Positions 43,872 through 52,829 of a DNA stretch of 64,000 bases are shown here, in pieces (positions within the stretch are counted from its first letter, which is position 1; every line of letters starts with the position of its first letter). The translations under genes and the position numbers were made by a program. This stretch comes from Actinomycetota bacterium. GTDB taxonomy: Bacteria > Actinomycetota > Actinomycetes > Nanopelagicales > Nanopelagicaceae. The notes beneath the pieces were generated by a model. That model ran no database searches. It was given only the letters and a program-made list of their open reading frames with translations, and was not told the origin of the DNA. The DNA lies in assembly GCA_026393035.1 (NCBI GenBank), contig JAPLAY010000004.1:593-64592 (forward strand), given 5' to 3'.

Positions 43872-44621
43872 TTACGGAGCTATGCGACCGGATTTTTGGA
43901 ATGCCGCGTATGTCATCGGCATAAGTTCGGCGAAGTGCTTCTCCATTTTCTCGGCGACCATCTCTATTTCGCGTTGTGGATATGAGGGAAAATGCGATCC
44001 TTCACTTGATGTTCGAAGCGAAAGGAAATTCATTAAAGCTCTGGCATTCATAGTTACATACATCGAAGAGTAAAGAGTTACTGGAAGAACTGCGCGAGCA
44101 ACTTCACGAGCTACGCCAGATGCCAATATCTTCTGATAATTTTCATAAGCCAAAGTGCAGGTCTCTTTAATTGCATTAACTGTGATATCTAGTTGCTCTG
44201 GTGTTCCGTCGATAAAGGTATAAGCGCCAGTCTTACCAACTTGCACGAGCTTGCGATCTTTATTCGGAATATAGAAAACTGGACGCAGTTCACGATAACG
44301 ACCGCTCTCTTCGTTATATGAAGCAATTCGATGGCGCATAAATTCACGGAATACAAATATTGGTGCAGAGACGAAGAATGTCATCGAGGTATGTTCAAAA
44401 GGACTGCCGTGTCTCTCGCGAGCCAAATAATTAATTAAGCCAGCATCTCGCTCGCTGGACTCACCAACTTTTTCTAGCGTCGTCTCCCCTGCAGTTGAAA
44501 CGCGGGCGGCCCAAATTACATCGGCATCGCTCGCACTCGACTTAACCAACTCAACGGTCATGTCATCGCGGAAAACAATCTCTTGTTTTGTATCTTCAAC
44601 ATCAGGAGTATCGGTATTCAT
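43872..44621 (-). CDS. thyX: FAD-dependent thymidylate synthase
   Basis: HGSPFEH, RHRIASYNEESGRY. Confidence 0.97.
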   Translation of the reverse strand: MNTDTPDVEDTKQEIVFRDDMTVELVKSSASDADVIWAARVSTAGETTLEKVGESSERDAGLINYLARERHGSPFEHTSMTFFVSAPIFVFREFMRHRIASYNEESGRYRELRPVFYIPNKDRKLVQVGKTGAYTFIDGTPEQLDITVNAIKETCTLAYENYQKILASGVAREVARAVLPVTLYSSMYVTMNARALMNFLSLRTSSEGSHFPSYPQREIEMVAEKMEKHFAELMPMTYAAFQKSGRIAP

Positions 44622-44677
44622 AAGGCGACCCTATATAAAACTGCGCCAATCACCGTGGATTAGGGCATACTTTCGGC

Positions 44678-45319
44678 GTGTCAGTGAAGCGTGATTCTTT
44701 CAGCGTCTCAATAACAGTAGGCGCATATGGCAGTGCATTTGGTGCGGCGGCTGTTGCAGCACATTTCTCGGTTCTGCAAGCTTGTTTACTTTCACTCTTA
44801 CTTTTCTCTGGTGCATCACAATTTGCAGTTGTAGGTGTAATCGCTGCTGGCGGATCACCATTAAATGCGATTGCAACTTCGACACTTCTTGGAACTCGAA
44901 ATGGCTTATATGGACTTCGCTTGGCCCCACTTCTAAAACTACGTGGCTTCAGACGAGTTGTTGCAGCACAAATAACTATTGATGAATCGACTGGCGTTGC
45001 TCTTGCGCAAGACAATGAAAACGACATGCGAAAAGGGTTTTGGTATACCGGCTTTGGAGTTTTTATCTTCTGGAATTTGTTCACTCTTGCTGGAGCGCTT
45101 GGTGCGCAAGCAATTGGTGATCCATCAGCTTGGGGTTTAGATGCCGCAGTCCCCGCAGCATTCTTAGGACTTCTCTGGCCGCGCCTTTCAAATCGTAAAT
45201 CCTGGGTCTTAGCCGGCTTTGCAATATTGCTCGCTCTTACTCTGACCCCATTTGTTCCCGCAGGAATTCCAATTATTTCTTGTACTTTACTCGCGATAAT
45301 TATTGGCTGGCGCGAATGA
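44678..45319 (+). CDS. azlC: AzlC family branched-chain amino-acid exporter subunit
   Basis: FSGASQF, RN.LYG, IDES, GLDAA.PA.F. Confidence 0.88.
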   Translation: MSVKRDSFSVSITVGAYGSAFGAAAVAAHFSVLQACLLSLLLFSGASQFAVVGVIAAGGSPLNAIATSTLLGTRNGLYGLRLAPLLKLRGFRRVVAAQITIDESTGVALAQDNENDMRKGFWYTGFGVFIFWNLFTLAGALGAQAIGDPSAWGLDAAVPAAFLGLLWPRLSNRKSWVLAGFAILLALTLTPFVPAGIPIISCTLLAIIIGWRE

Positions 45320-45624
45320 ACGCCTTCTGGATTGCAGTCATAGGTTCAAGTGCGCTGGCATTCATTACTAAATTCCTTGGCGCTTCCGTGCCAGAATCAT
45401 TTTTAAGCCATCCTAGAATTTTACGTATTAACAGCCTTATTCCAATTGCGCTCCTGACTGCGCTAATTGCGGTAAATACTTTTGCCGTAAAAACCAAATT
45501 AGTTTTGGATCATCGAGCACTTGGGATAGCTGCCGCGCTAGCTCTACTCATTGCTAAAGCACCGTTCCCGGTAGTTGTTGTGGGAGCTGCTGTTACTTCG
45601 GCTCTGGCTTACCGATACTTCTAA
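45316..45624 (+). CDS. azlD: AzlD family subunit
   Basis: ATGA overlap with azlC; P.ALL.AL; hydrophobic. Confidence 0.85.
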   Translation: MNAFWIAVIGSSALAFITKFLGASVPESFLSHPRILRINSLIPIALLTALIAVNTFAVKTKLVLDHRALGIAAALALLIAKAPFPVVVVGAAVTSALAYRYF

Positions 45625-45872
45625 AGTATTTTAAGCGCCGTTAACTTAGCTTGTAAATCAATATCTGAAGGTTCAGTTAGATGTGTTCCATCACTGAAAA
45701 CAATTACTGGAATTGACTGGGCGCCGCCGTTTATTTCAACAACTTTATCGGCTGCACTCTTATCTGCTTCAACATCGATGTAGGTATATTCCACATTATT
45801 CGAATCTAAGAATCGCTTAGATCTGCGGCAATCTCCGCACCATTCTGCGCCATACATAACTAAGTTCGACAT
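45621..45872 (-). CDS. Mycoredoxin/glutaredoxin-like protein
   Basis: WCGDC, NGG..SIP...F.DG..L.EPS (Mrx1-like). Confidence 0.85.
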   Translation of the reverse strand: MSNLVMYGAEWCGDCRRSKRFLDSNNVEYTYIDVEADKSAADKVVEINGGAQSIPVIVFSDGTHLTEPSDIDLQAKLTALKIL

Positions 45873-45881
45873 ATCTGCTCC

Positions 45882-46631
45882 TTAAGTTAAATCCATGTAG
45901 TTCTCTAGCCCAAAAGTTAGACCAGGGTTTTTACCAACTTCTCTGATAGCAAGTAGAACACCAGGCATAAATCCTGTGCGATCTATTGAATCGTGTCTAA
46001 TTGAAAGTGTTTCACCGGTATCGCCCAAGATAACTTCTTGGTGCGCAACTAAACCGCGAAGGCGAACTGAATGAATATGAACATCTCCTATTTTTGCACC
46101 GCGGGCGCCGGCAAGTTCTGATGTTGTTGCATCTGGCATCGGGCTTTTCTTAACACTGGCACGAGCTTGATTAATTAGCTCTGCGGTTCTTGCCGCTGTT
46201 CCGGATGGCGCATCTGCCTTTGCTGGATGGTGCAACTCAACAATTTCAGCTGATTCAAAATACTTTGAAGCTTGGGCAGCGAACTGCATCATCAAAACTG
46301 CGCCAAGACCAAAGTTAGGGGCGATTAAAGCTCCGACTTTTGGATTAGCAGATAGCCAACTCTTAACTTGTGCGAGTTTCTTCTCATCAAATCCGGTAGT
46401 TCCGACAACAACACTTATTCCATTATTAATTGCAAACTCTAAATTTTTCATAACTGCATCAGGATGAGTGAAATCAACAACAACTTGGGCAGCACTTGTA
46501 ACTAATGCTTCAAGTGAGTCACCTAAATCTAATTGGGCAACCACTTCTAAATCTTTAGTGCCAGAGATTGCTTTTACGCTCTCGGCTCCCATGCGACCTT
46601 TCGCACCAAGAACTGCAACTTTGATACTCAT
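45882..46631 (-). CDS. dapB: 4-hydroxy-tetrahydrodipicolinate reductase
   Basis: GAKGRMG, DFT, GTTG, ELHH.AK.DAPSGTA. Confidence 0.97.
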   Translation of the reverse strand: MSIKVAVLGAKGRMGAESVKAISGTKDLEVVAQLDLGDSLEALVTSAAQVVVDFTHPDAVMKNLEFAINNGISVVVGTTGFDEKKLAQVKSWLSANPKVGALIAPNFGLGAVLMMQFAAQASKYFESAEIVELHHPAKADAPSGTAARTAELINQARASVKKSPMPDATTSELAGARGAKIGDVHIHSVRLRGLVAHQEVILGDTGETLSIRHDSIDRTGFMPGVLLAIREVGKNPGLTFGLENYMDLT

Positions 46632-47899
46632 GAAATCACCTTCTCAAATTTAGCGCTGCTTCTAAATGGTCCCACTAGTGCAAGGGTAGCGGGAGCGGTA
46701 AACAAGTCGCGTGCTAATTGATGGACTTGCTCGGGCGTCACACTTCGAACCTTGGCCAAGATGTCATCAAAGCTCATGATCTCGCCGTAAACGAGTTCGC
46801 TCTTGCCGATTCGACTCATTCTTGAACCAGTATCTTCTTGGCCCAGAATTAAGCCACCAGTTACAGCGCCTTTTGCTCTAGATATTTCTTCTGCCGTTAA
46901 ACCATGTTGCGCAACAGATTCACTTATCTCGCGCATTAGCTTTATGACTTCTTCCGCTTTTTCAACTTTGCAGCCAGCATAAAATGCAAGGGTTCCGGTT
47001 CCGGCAAATTGTTGTGGGTATGAATATGTCGTGTATGCCAGACCACGTTTCTCGCGAATCTCTTGGAATAACCGGGAAGCCATTCCCCCGCCTACCGCAG
47101 AAGATAAAACGCTTAATGCAAAACGTCGTTCATCATTTCTGGCTAGACCTGGAAAACCATAAAGAATATGTGCTTGCTCAGTCTTGCGATCAATAATTCC
47201 GACCTTGCCTAAGCCCGGAGTTTTAACTGGAGTAGCAATTCGAGTTTGATGCTTCTTTGGCGGGGCATCTAAGAAATTATCACGAGCTAGCGCCTCTTCA
47301 ACCAGCTTTACGACCTTCTTATGTTTCACATTTCCAGCTACCGATACAACTAAATTTTCAGGCTGGTAGTGCTTCTTATAATAATTATAAATTGAATTTC
47401 GGGGCATTTTATTAATTGAATCAACGGTGCCCAAGATTGAACGACCAATAGGTGAATCACCGTAAACGGTATCGAGATATAGCTCGTGGATGTAATCCGA
47501 AGGATCGTCATCGCGGACCGCAATTTCACTCAATACAACCGTGCGTTCTGAATCAACATCTTCGGCAGTGAAATTCGAGGAGGTAATTAAGTCAGTTACA
47601 ACATCGACTGCCAAGGGCAAATCGTTATCGATAACTCTTGCATAAAAGCAGGTGTATTCCTGGCCAGTAAATGCATTCATCTCGCCACCGACAGCTTCAA
47701 TTGAAGAGGAAATCTCAAGTGCAGTACGGCGTTTAGTTCCCTTAAAAAGTAAATGTTCTAGAAAGTGAGAAGCTCCCGCGACGGATTTAACTTCATCGCG
47801 AGAGCCAACATTTGCCCAAATTCCTACCGCAGCGGAGCGAGATGTACTGACTTCTTCAGTAACAATTCGTAGCCCGCTGGGCAAGATTGTTTTACTCAA
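46628..47899 (-). CDS. M16 family zinc peptidase (PepR-like)
   Basis: Inverted zinc motif HFLEH, NAFT, SRLFQEIREKRGLAY. Confidence 0.93.
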   Translation of the reverse strand: MSKTILPSGLRIVTEEVSTSRSAAVGIWANVGSRDEVKSVAGASHFLEHLLFKGTKRRTALEISSSIEAVGGEMNAFTGQEYTCFYARVIDNDLPLAVDVVTDLITSSNFTAEDVDSERTVVLSEIAVRDDDPSDYIHELYLDTVYGDSPIGRSILGTVDSINKMPRNSIYNYYKKHYQPENLVVSVAGNVKHKKVVKLVEEALARDNFLDAPPKKHQTRIATPVKTPGLGKVGIIDRKTEQAHILYGFPGLARNDERRFALSVLSSAVGGGMASRLFQEIREKRGLAYTTYSYPQQFAGTGTLAFYAGCKVEKAEEVIKLMREISESVAQHGLTAEEISRAKGAVTGGLILGQEDTGSRMSRIGKSELVYGEIMSFDDILAKVRSVTPEQVHQLARDLFTAPATLALVGPFRSSAKFEKVIS

Positions 47900-50110
47900 T
47901 TATTCGCCGGCTTCCTTACCAGGAACCGTGCCATCTGCAAGAACTGGAACCAATGAGAACTTACCCTTTGGATCAATCTCTGCAATTTCAACTTGAATCT
48001 TGTCGCCAACCTTCATAACTTCTTCAAGGTTTTCGATGCGCTTTCCACCATGCAATTTACGAATCTGCGAGATGTGTAGCAAGCCATCTTTACCTGGAAC
48101 AAGTGAAATGAATGCGCCGAATGTTGCAAGCTTCACGATACTTCCGTTGAAGCGCTCTCCCACCTTAGGAACAACTGGGTTAGCGATTGCATCAATCATT
48201 GCCTTTGCGGCTTCTGCTTGTGATCCTTCAAGAGCACCGATGTAAACAGTTCCATCATCTTCGATGGTTATGTCTGCGCCAGTTTCATCTTGAATCTGGT
48301 TAATCATTTTGCCCTTAGGTCCGATGATTGCGCCGATTAGATCAACAGGAACCTTGACCGAAATGATTCGAGGAGCAAGAAGGCTCATCTCATCTGGTGC
48401 ATCGATTGCTTGGTTCATGATGTCAAGAATTGTTAGACGTGCTTCTTTAGCTTGAAGCAGCGCTGATGCCAAGATTGATGCAGGAATTCCATCAAGTTTG
48501 GTATCTAGTTGTAGCGCAGTAACAAAGTCTTTTGTTCCTGCAACTTTAAAGTCCATATCTCCGAATGCATCTTCGGCACCGAGAATATCTGTAATTGCAA
48601 CGTATTCAGTCTTGCCATCAACTACATCTGAGATCAGACCCATTGCAATACCTGCAACAGCGGCCTTCAGTGGAACACCAGCATTTAGCAGCGACATAGT
48701 CGATGCACATACTGAACCCATTGATGTTGAACCGTTTGATCCAAGTGCTTCTGATACTTGACGAATTGCATATGGAAATTCTTCACGTGTTGGAAGAACT
48801 GGAACCAATGCGCGCTCTGCAAGTGCACCGTGGCCTATTTCGCGACGCTTTGGTGAACCAACACGACCAGTCTCGCCCACTGAATATGGTGGGAAGTTGT
48901 AGTTGTGCATGTAACGCTTGTGGTTTTCTGGACTCAAGGTGTCTAGTTGTTGTTCCATCTTTAACATGTTCAAAGTTGTAACACCAAGGATTTGAGTCTC
49001 GCCACGTTCAAAAATTGCAGAACCGTGAACGCGAGGCATAACTTCTACCTCTGCTGTGATTGCACGGATATCGCGAATACCGCGACCATCGATACGAATT
49101 TTGTCGCGAAGTACGCGTTGACGTACAAGCTTCTTTGTTACGGAACGAATGGCTGCAGAAACTTCTTTCTCACGGCCATCGAAGGTAACTGCAAGCTTCT
49201 CTTTAACAACAGCGCTGATTTCATCTAGCTTAGTTTCGCGCTCTTGCTTTCCAGCAATTGTTAGCGCCTTAGCCATGTCATCTTTCGCTGCTGCTTCAAC
49301 CGCAGCATATGTGTCATCTTGGTAATCCAAGAAGACTGGGAATTCGCCAGTTGGCTTTGCAGCAACCTTGGCAAGATCCATCTGTGCTTGGCAGAGAATG
49401 CGAATAAATGGCTTTGCAGCTTCTAAACCTTCGCCAACAATCTCTTCAGTTGGTGCTTTTGCGCCAGCCTTGATGAGATTAATTGTCTGAGTTGTGGCTT
49501 CTGCTTCAACCATAATGATTGCAACATCACCATCAATAATTGAACCAGCAACAACCATGTCGAATACTGCCTTCTCCAAATCAGAGTGATTTGGGAATGC
49601 AACCCATTGGCCTTCAATCAAAGCAACGCGAACGCCACCGATTGGACCAGAGAATGGCAAGCCAGCAAGTTGTGTTGACATTGATGCTGCGTTAATAGCA
49701 AGTACGTCGTACATGTGATCAGGGTTAAGTGCCATAACAGTTACGACAACTTGAACTTCATTACGAAGTCCCTTTACGAATGATGGACGAAGTGGGCGGT
49801 CAATTAAACGACAGGTAAGAATTGCATCTTCTGACGGACGACCTTCACGACGGAAGAAAGATCCTGGAATCTTTCCTGCGGCATACATACGTTCTTCAAC
49901 ATCCACAGTTAGTGGGAAGAAATCGAATTGATCCTTTGGCTGCTTTCCAGCAGTTGTTGCAGAGAGCAACATTGAATCATCATCTAAATAAACAAGCGCA
50001 GTTCCTGACGCTTGACGAGCTAGGCGGCCGGTTTCAAACCGGATTTCGCGCTTTCCATATTTGCCGTTATCAATTACTGCAACGGCGGTCTTAACATCTT
50101 GACCTTCCAT
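47900..50110 (-). CDS. pnp: Polyribonucleotide nucleotidyltransferase
   Basis: [34 protein letters not shown] and S1 domains. Confidence 0.99.
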   Translation of the reverse strand: MEGQDVKTAVAVIDNGKYGKREIRFETGRLARQASGTALVYLDDDSMLLSATTAGKQPKDQFDFFPLTVDVEERMYAAGKIPGSFFRREGRPSEDAILTCRLIDRPLRPSFVKGLRNEVQVVVTVMALNPDHMYDVLAINAASMSTQLAGLPFSGPIGGVRVALIEGQWVAFPNHSDLEKAVFDMVVAGSIIDGDVAIIMVEAEATTQTINLIKAGAKAPTEEIVGEGLEAAKPFIRILCQAQMDLAKVAAKPTGEFPVFLDYQDDTYAAVEAAAKDDMAKALTIAGKQERETKLDEISAVVKEKLAVTFDGREKEVSAAIRSVTKKLVRQRVLRDKIRIDGRGIRDIRAITAEVEVMPRVHGSAIFERGETQILGVTTLNMLKMEQQLDTLSPENHKRYMHNYNFPPYSVGETGRVGSPKRREIGHGALAERALVPVLPTREEFPYAIRQVSEALGSNGSTSMGSVCASTMSLLNAGVPLKAAVAGIAMGLISDVVDGKTEYVAITDILGAEDAFGDMDFKVAGTKDFVTALQLDTKLDGIPASILASALLQAKEARLTILDIMNQAIDAPDEMSLLAPRIISVKVPVDLIGAIIGPKGKMINQIQDETGADITIEDDGTVYIGALEGSQAEAAKAMIDAIANPVVPKVGERFNGSIVKLATFGAFISLVPGKDGLLHISQIRKLHGGKRIENLEEVMKVGDKIQVEIAEIDPKGKFSLVPVLADGTVPGKEAGE

Positions 50111-50137
50111 AGGTCGACTCCATTTCTAATGAACACA

Positions 50138-50232
50138 CATCAGTAACGGATCTTCGATGGAAGCCCACGGGATCTACTTCGATTAATTAATAGAAGGCCC
50201 GGAAGCCACAACCGAGGACCGATTCACTGATG
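50138..50232 (-). ncRNA. Structured pnp leader resembling the Actino-pnp RNA motif
   Basis: Minus strand CATCAGT..CGGTCCTCGGTTGTGGCTTCCGGG...CCCGTGGGCTTCCATCGAAGATCCG..ACTGATG forms a long stem-loop before pnp. Confidence 0.8.
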
Positions 50233-50248
50233 AGTGAGTTTTGCTAAT

Positions 50249-50518
50249 TTAGCGACGAATACCGAGTTTTTCGATAATCGCTCTGTAACGTGTTACATCG
50301 GTCTTTGCAAGATATTGCAAAATACGACGACGCTTACCGACAAGAAGAATTAGACCACGACGGTTGTGGTGATCGTTCTTATTTACCTTTAGGTGTTCGG
50401 TGAGTTCTTCAATTCGCTTTGATAGCAATGCGACCTGTGCTTCAGGGCTTCCTGTGTCAGTAGCGGAAGCGCCGTATTTAGCAATGATTTCTTTTTTAAC
50501 TGATGGTTGTAACGCCAT
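50249..50518 (-). CDS. rpsO: 30S ribosomal protein S15
   Basis: [18 protein letters not shown], 89 aa. Confidence 0.99.
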   Translation of the reverse strand: MALQPSVKKEIIAKYGASATDTGSPEAQVALLSKRIEELTEHLKVNKNDHHNRRGLILLVGKRRRILQYLAKTDVTRYRAIIEKLGIRR

Positions 50519-50599
50519 TTTGGTACTCCCTTTACTTTCACGAGGGCCTCGGTGTGAATCACGAAGGCTCGATTGCTCGCTTGTTGTTGGGCAAGGCTA
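50519..50599 (-). promoter_or_regulatory. rpsO promoter (-10 TAGCCT) and structured 5' leader
   Basis: CGAG-CCT..GTG-ATT-CAC..AGG..CTCG stem just ahead of the GGGAG RBS. Confidence 0.5.
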
Positions 50600-50639
50600 C
50601 CAGCGTGATTTGATCTAACGAAATCCGCCCGATCTGACC

Positions 50640-51530
50640 TTAATTTATGCGGGTAAATCCAGTTAAATCTGCGGCCTGATCGCAATCGGCCTTCATCTGC
50701 ACAAGTAAGGAATCTAGTGATTCAAATTTCAAGGTATCGCGAAGTCGATGAGTGAATTCAAGCTTTGCAACTTTGTCATATAAATCTAAATCTTTCTGAT
50801 CAATTGCATAAGCCTCGACTTGTCGACCACGAACACCTGGAAATGTTGGATTGGTTCCGATAGAAATTGCAGCTGCCCACTTCGTATTTTCAACAGTTAA
50901 CCATCCGGCGTAAACACCATCGGCTGGAATACATGCAAGCGCATCAAGTCCAATGTTTGCAGTTGGGTAGCCAATTTCACGCCCGCGCTTTTCACCGTGT
51001 ACAACTGGTCCAACCAGATAATGATTTCGAGTTAATAGTTCAGATGCTCGTTCCACATCGCCATCAAAGATTAGGCCACGAATTCTTGATGATGAAATTG
51101 GATTTCCACGATTTTGCGAGAGCTTAACTATCGTTGTTTTAAATCCTTTATCCACGCTCTGCAAATAATGTGCGGTTCCTTCTGCTTTATGTCCGAAGGT
51201 AAAGTTTTCGCCAACCACGACATGAGTTGCCGACAACTTCTTCACTAAAATCTCATCAATAAATTGATCTGGGCTAAGCGCTGCGAAATCTTTTGTGAAG
51301 TCGATAACTACAACTTCATTTGCGCCGTGAGCCTTTAATTGTGAAACTCGATCTTCAAGTGGCAGAAGCTGCATCGGAGTGCGCTCTGGCGCAAAGATTG
51401 CAGTTGGGTGCGGATAGAAAGTAAGTGCAATAACTTTGCCATGTGCTTTCGCTGCTTTAACTAATTCTTGGTGGCCAGCATGAACGCCATCGAAGATTCC
51501 GATGAGTACGCAATTTTTAAGTTCGGCCAT
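50640..51530 (-). CDS. ribF: Riboflavin kinase / FAD synthetase
   Basis: G.FDGVH.GH, SSSRIR, RGREIGYPTAN, G.NPTF. Confidence 0.96.
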   Translation of the reverse strand: MAELKNCVLIGIFDGVHAGHQELVKAAKAHGKVIALTFYPHPTAIFAPERTPMQLLPLEDRVSQLKAHGANEVVVIDFTKDFAALSPDQFIDEILVKKLSATHVVVGENFTFGHKAEGTAHYLQSVDKGFKTTIVKLSQNRGNPISSSRIRGLIFDGDVERASELLTRNHYLVGPVVHGEKRGREIGYPTANIGLDALACIPADGVYAGWLTVENTKWAAAISIGTNPTFPGVRGRQVEAYAIDQKDLDLYDKVAKLEFTHRLRDTLKFESLDSLLVQMKADCDQAADLTGFTRIN

Positions 51531-51534
51531 AGCG

Positions 51535-52401
51535 TTATTCTTTCACGCTGACCAGGGTTGGTGTTGCAACGATTTTTCCGGCGATCTCTTTATCTAAGAG
51601 AAGGGCAACAAACTCTCCGCTCTGATCCAGAGCTGCGACAGCGCCGATTTTTTCACTTGGTGAAATGGCTCGGCCAAATGAAATTTCACTGGCCTCCATC
51701 AAATCGATGGTTCTAATTGGCAAAATTCGTGAGATGCCATCCGCTACTGAAATTGAATTATCCAAAGAAAGTTCGCTGCACTCAGCAATATCAAATGGCG
51801 ATACCAACGTTCTGCGAAGTGCGGTCAGATGGCCGCCAACTTTTAACTCTTGGCCAAGATCACGGGCAATTGCTCGGATATAAGTTCCTGCGCTACAAGT
51901 TACCGTTACTACAACATCTAAAAAATCCTCGACGTGATTAAGTGAAACTACTTCTATCTCGGAGATATTTACTTCGCGGGCCGGGATATCTACTACTTCT
52001 CCATCACGTACCCGTTGGTGGGCGCGCTTGCCATCAATCTTTATTGCGGATACTGAACTCGGTTTCTGCATAATATTTCCAACAAATTTTTGCAAGGAAG
52101 AGCGCACTATTTCTTCACTGACGCCGGCTGCACTTGTTGTTGAAATAATTTCGCCTTCGCGATCATCAGTGTGGGTGCTCTGACCTAAGCGAATCGTGGC
52201 TTCATATTTCTTAGTGCCATCTGTTACATATTGAAGAAGTCTGGTGGCTGAACCAATTCCCAGAACCAATACGCCAGTAGCCATTGGATCTAACGTCCCG
52301 GCATGACCAACTCTTTTAGTCCTAAATAATTTACGCGCACTTGCTACGACATCGTGGCTTGTTACACCAGCCGATTTATCAATTAGCAAGAAGCCATTCA
52401 T
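51535..52401 (-). CDS. truB: tRNA pseudouridine(55) synthase
   Basis: TSHDVV, GHAGTLDP, SAIKIDG, CSAGTYIR. Confidence 0.97.
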   Translation of the reverse strand: MNGFLLIDKSAGVTSHDVVASARKLFRTKRVGHAGTLDPMATGVLVLGIGSATRLLQYVTDGTKKYEATIRLGQSTHTDDREGEIISTTSAAGVSEEIVRSSLQKFVGNIMQKPSSVSAIKIDGKRAHQRVRDGEVVDIPAREVNISEIEVVSLNHVEDFLDVVVTVTCSAGTYIRAIARDLGQELKVGGHLTALRRTLVSPFDIAECSELSLDNSISVADGISRILPIRTIDLMEASEISFGRAISPSEKIGAVAALDQSGEFVALLLDKEIAGKIVATPTLVSVKE

Positions 52402-52406
52402 AAGTG

Positions 52407-52826
52407 TTATTCGTCAGCGTGCTTATAGGGATCAGCTTCACCAGCAGGTTTCGCACCTTCGCGTACCTTGGCAAGTTCAGCATCTTTTCTTGCAACTTCA
52501 AAGAGCAAATCATTCATAACAGATGCACTCTCCTGCAATCCATCTTGAAAGAATTCAAGCGATGGCGTAATTCGAAGTCCAAGGGTGCGACCAACTTCGG
52601 TGCGCAACATTCCGCGGGCAGAATTCAATGCAATTGCTGTTGCACTTCGCTCTGCTTCATCACCTAAAACTGTATAGAAGATTGAAGCTTGTTGTAGATC
52701 GCCAGTAACCCGAACATCAGTCAGAGTAATGAAACCCAGGCGTGGATCTTTAACCCGAGTTTCTAGCGCTTGCGCAACTATCTCTTTAATTCGGTCAGCG
52801 ACCTTGAGTGCACGATTAGAGGCCAT
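52407..52826 (-). CDS. rbfA: Ribosome-binding factor A
   Basis: KDPRLG, DL..A, LR.TP.L.F; between infB and truB. Confidence 0.96.
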   Translation of the reverse strand: MASNRALKVADRIKEIVAQALETRVKDPRLGFITLTDVRVTGDLQQASIFYTVLGDEAERSATAIALNSARGMLRTEVGRTLGLRITPSLEFFQDGLQESASVMNDLLFEVARKDAELAKVREGAKPAGEADPYKHADE

Positions 52827-52829
52827 TTG

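Noticed and set aside
44650-45084. 144-aa minus-strand ORF opposite azlC, and similar antisense ORFs over atp, recA, pnp and hflX
   Set aside because: Opposite well-supported genes; explained by codon bias.
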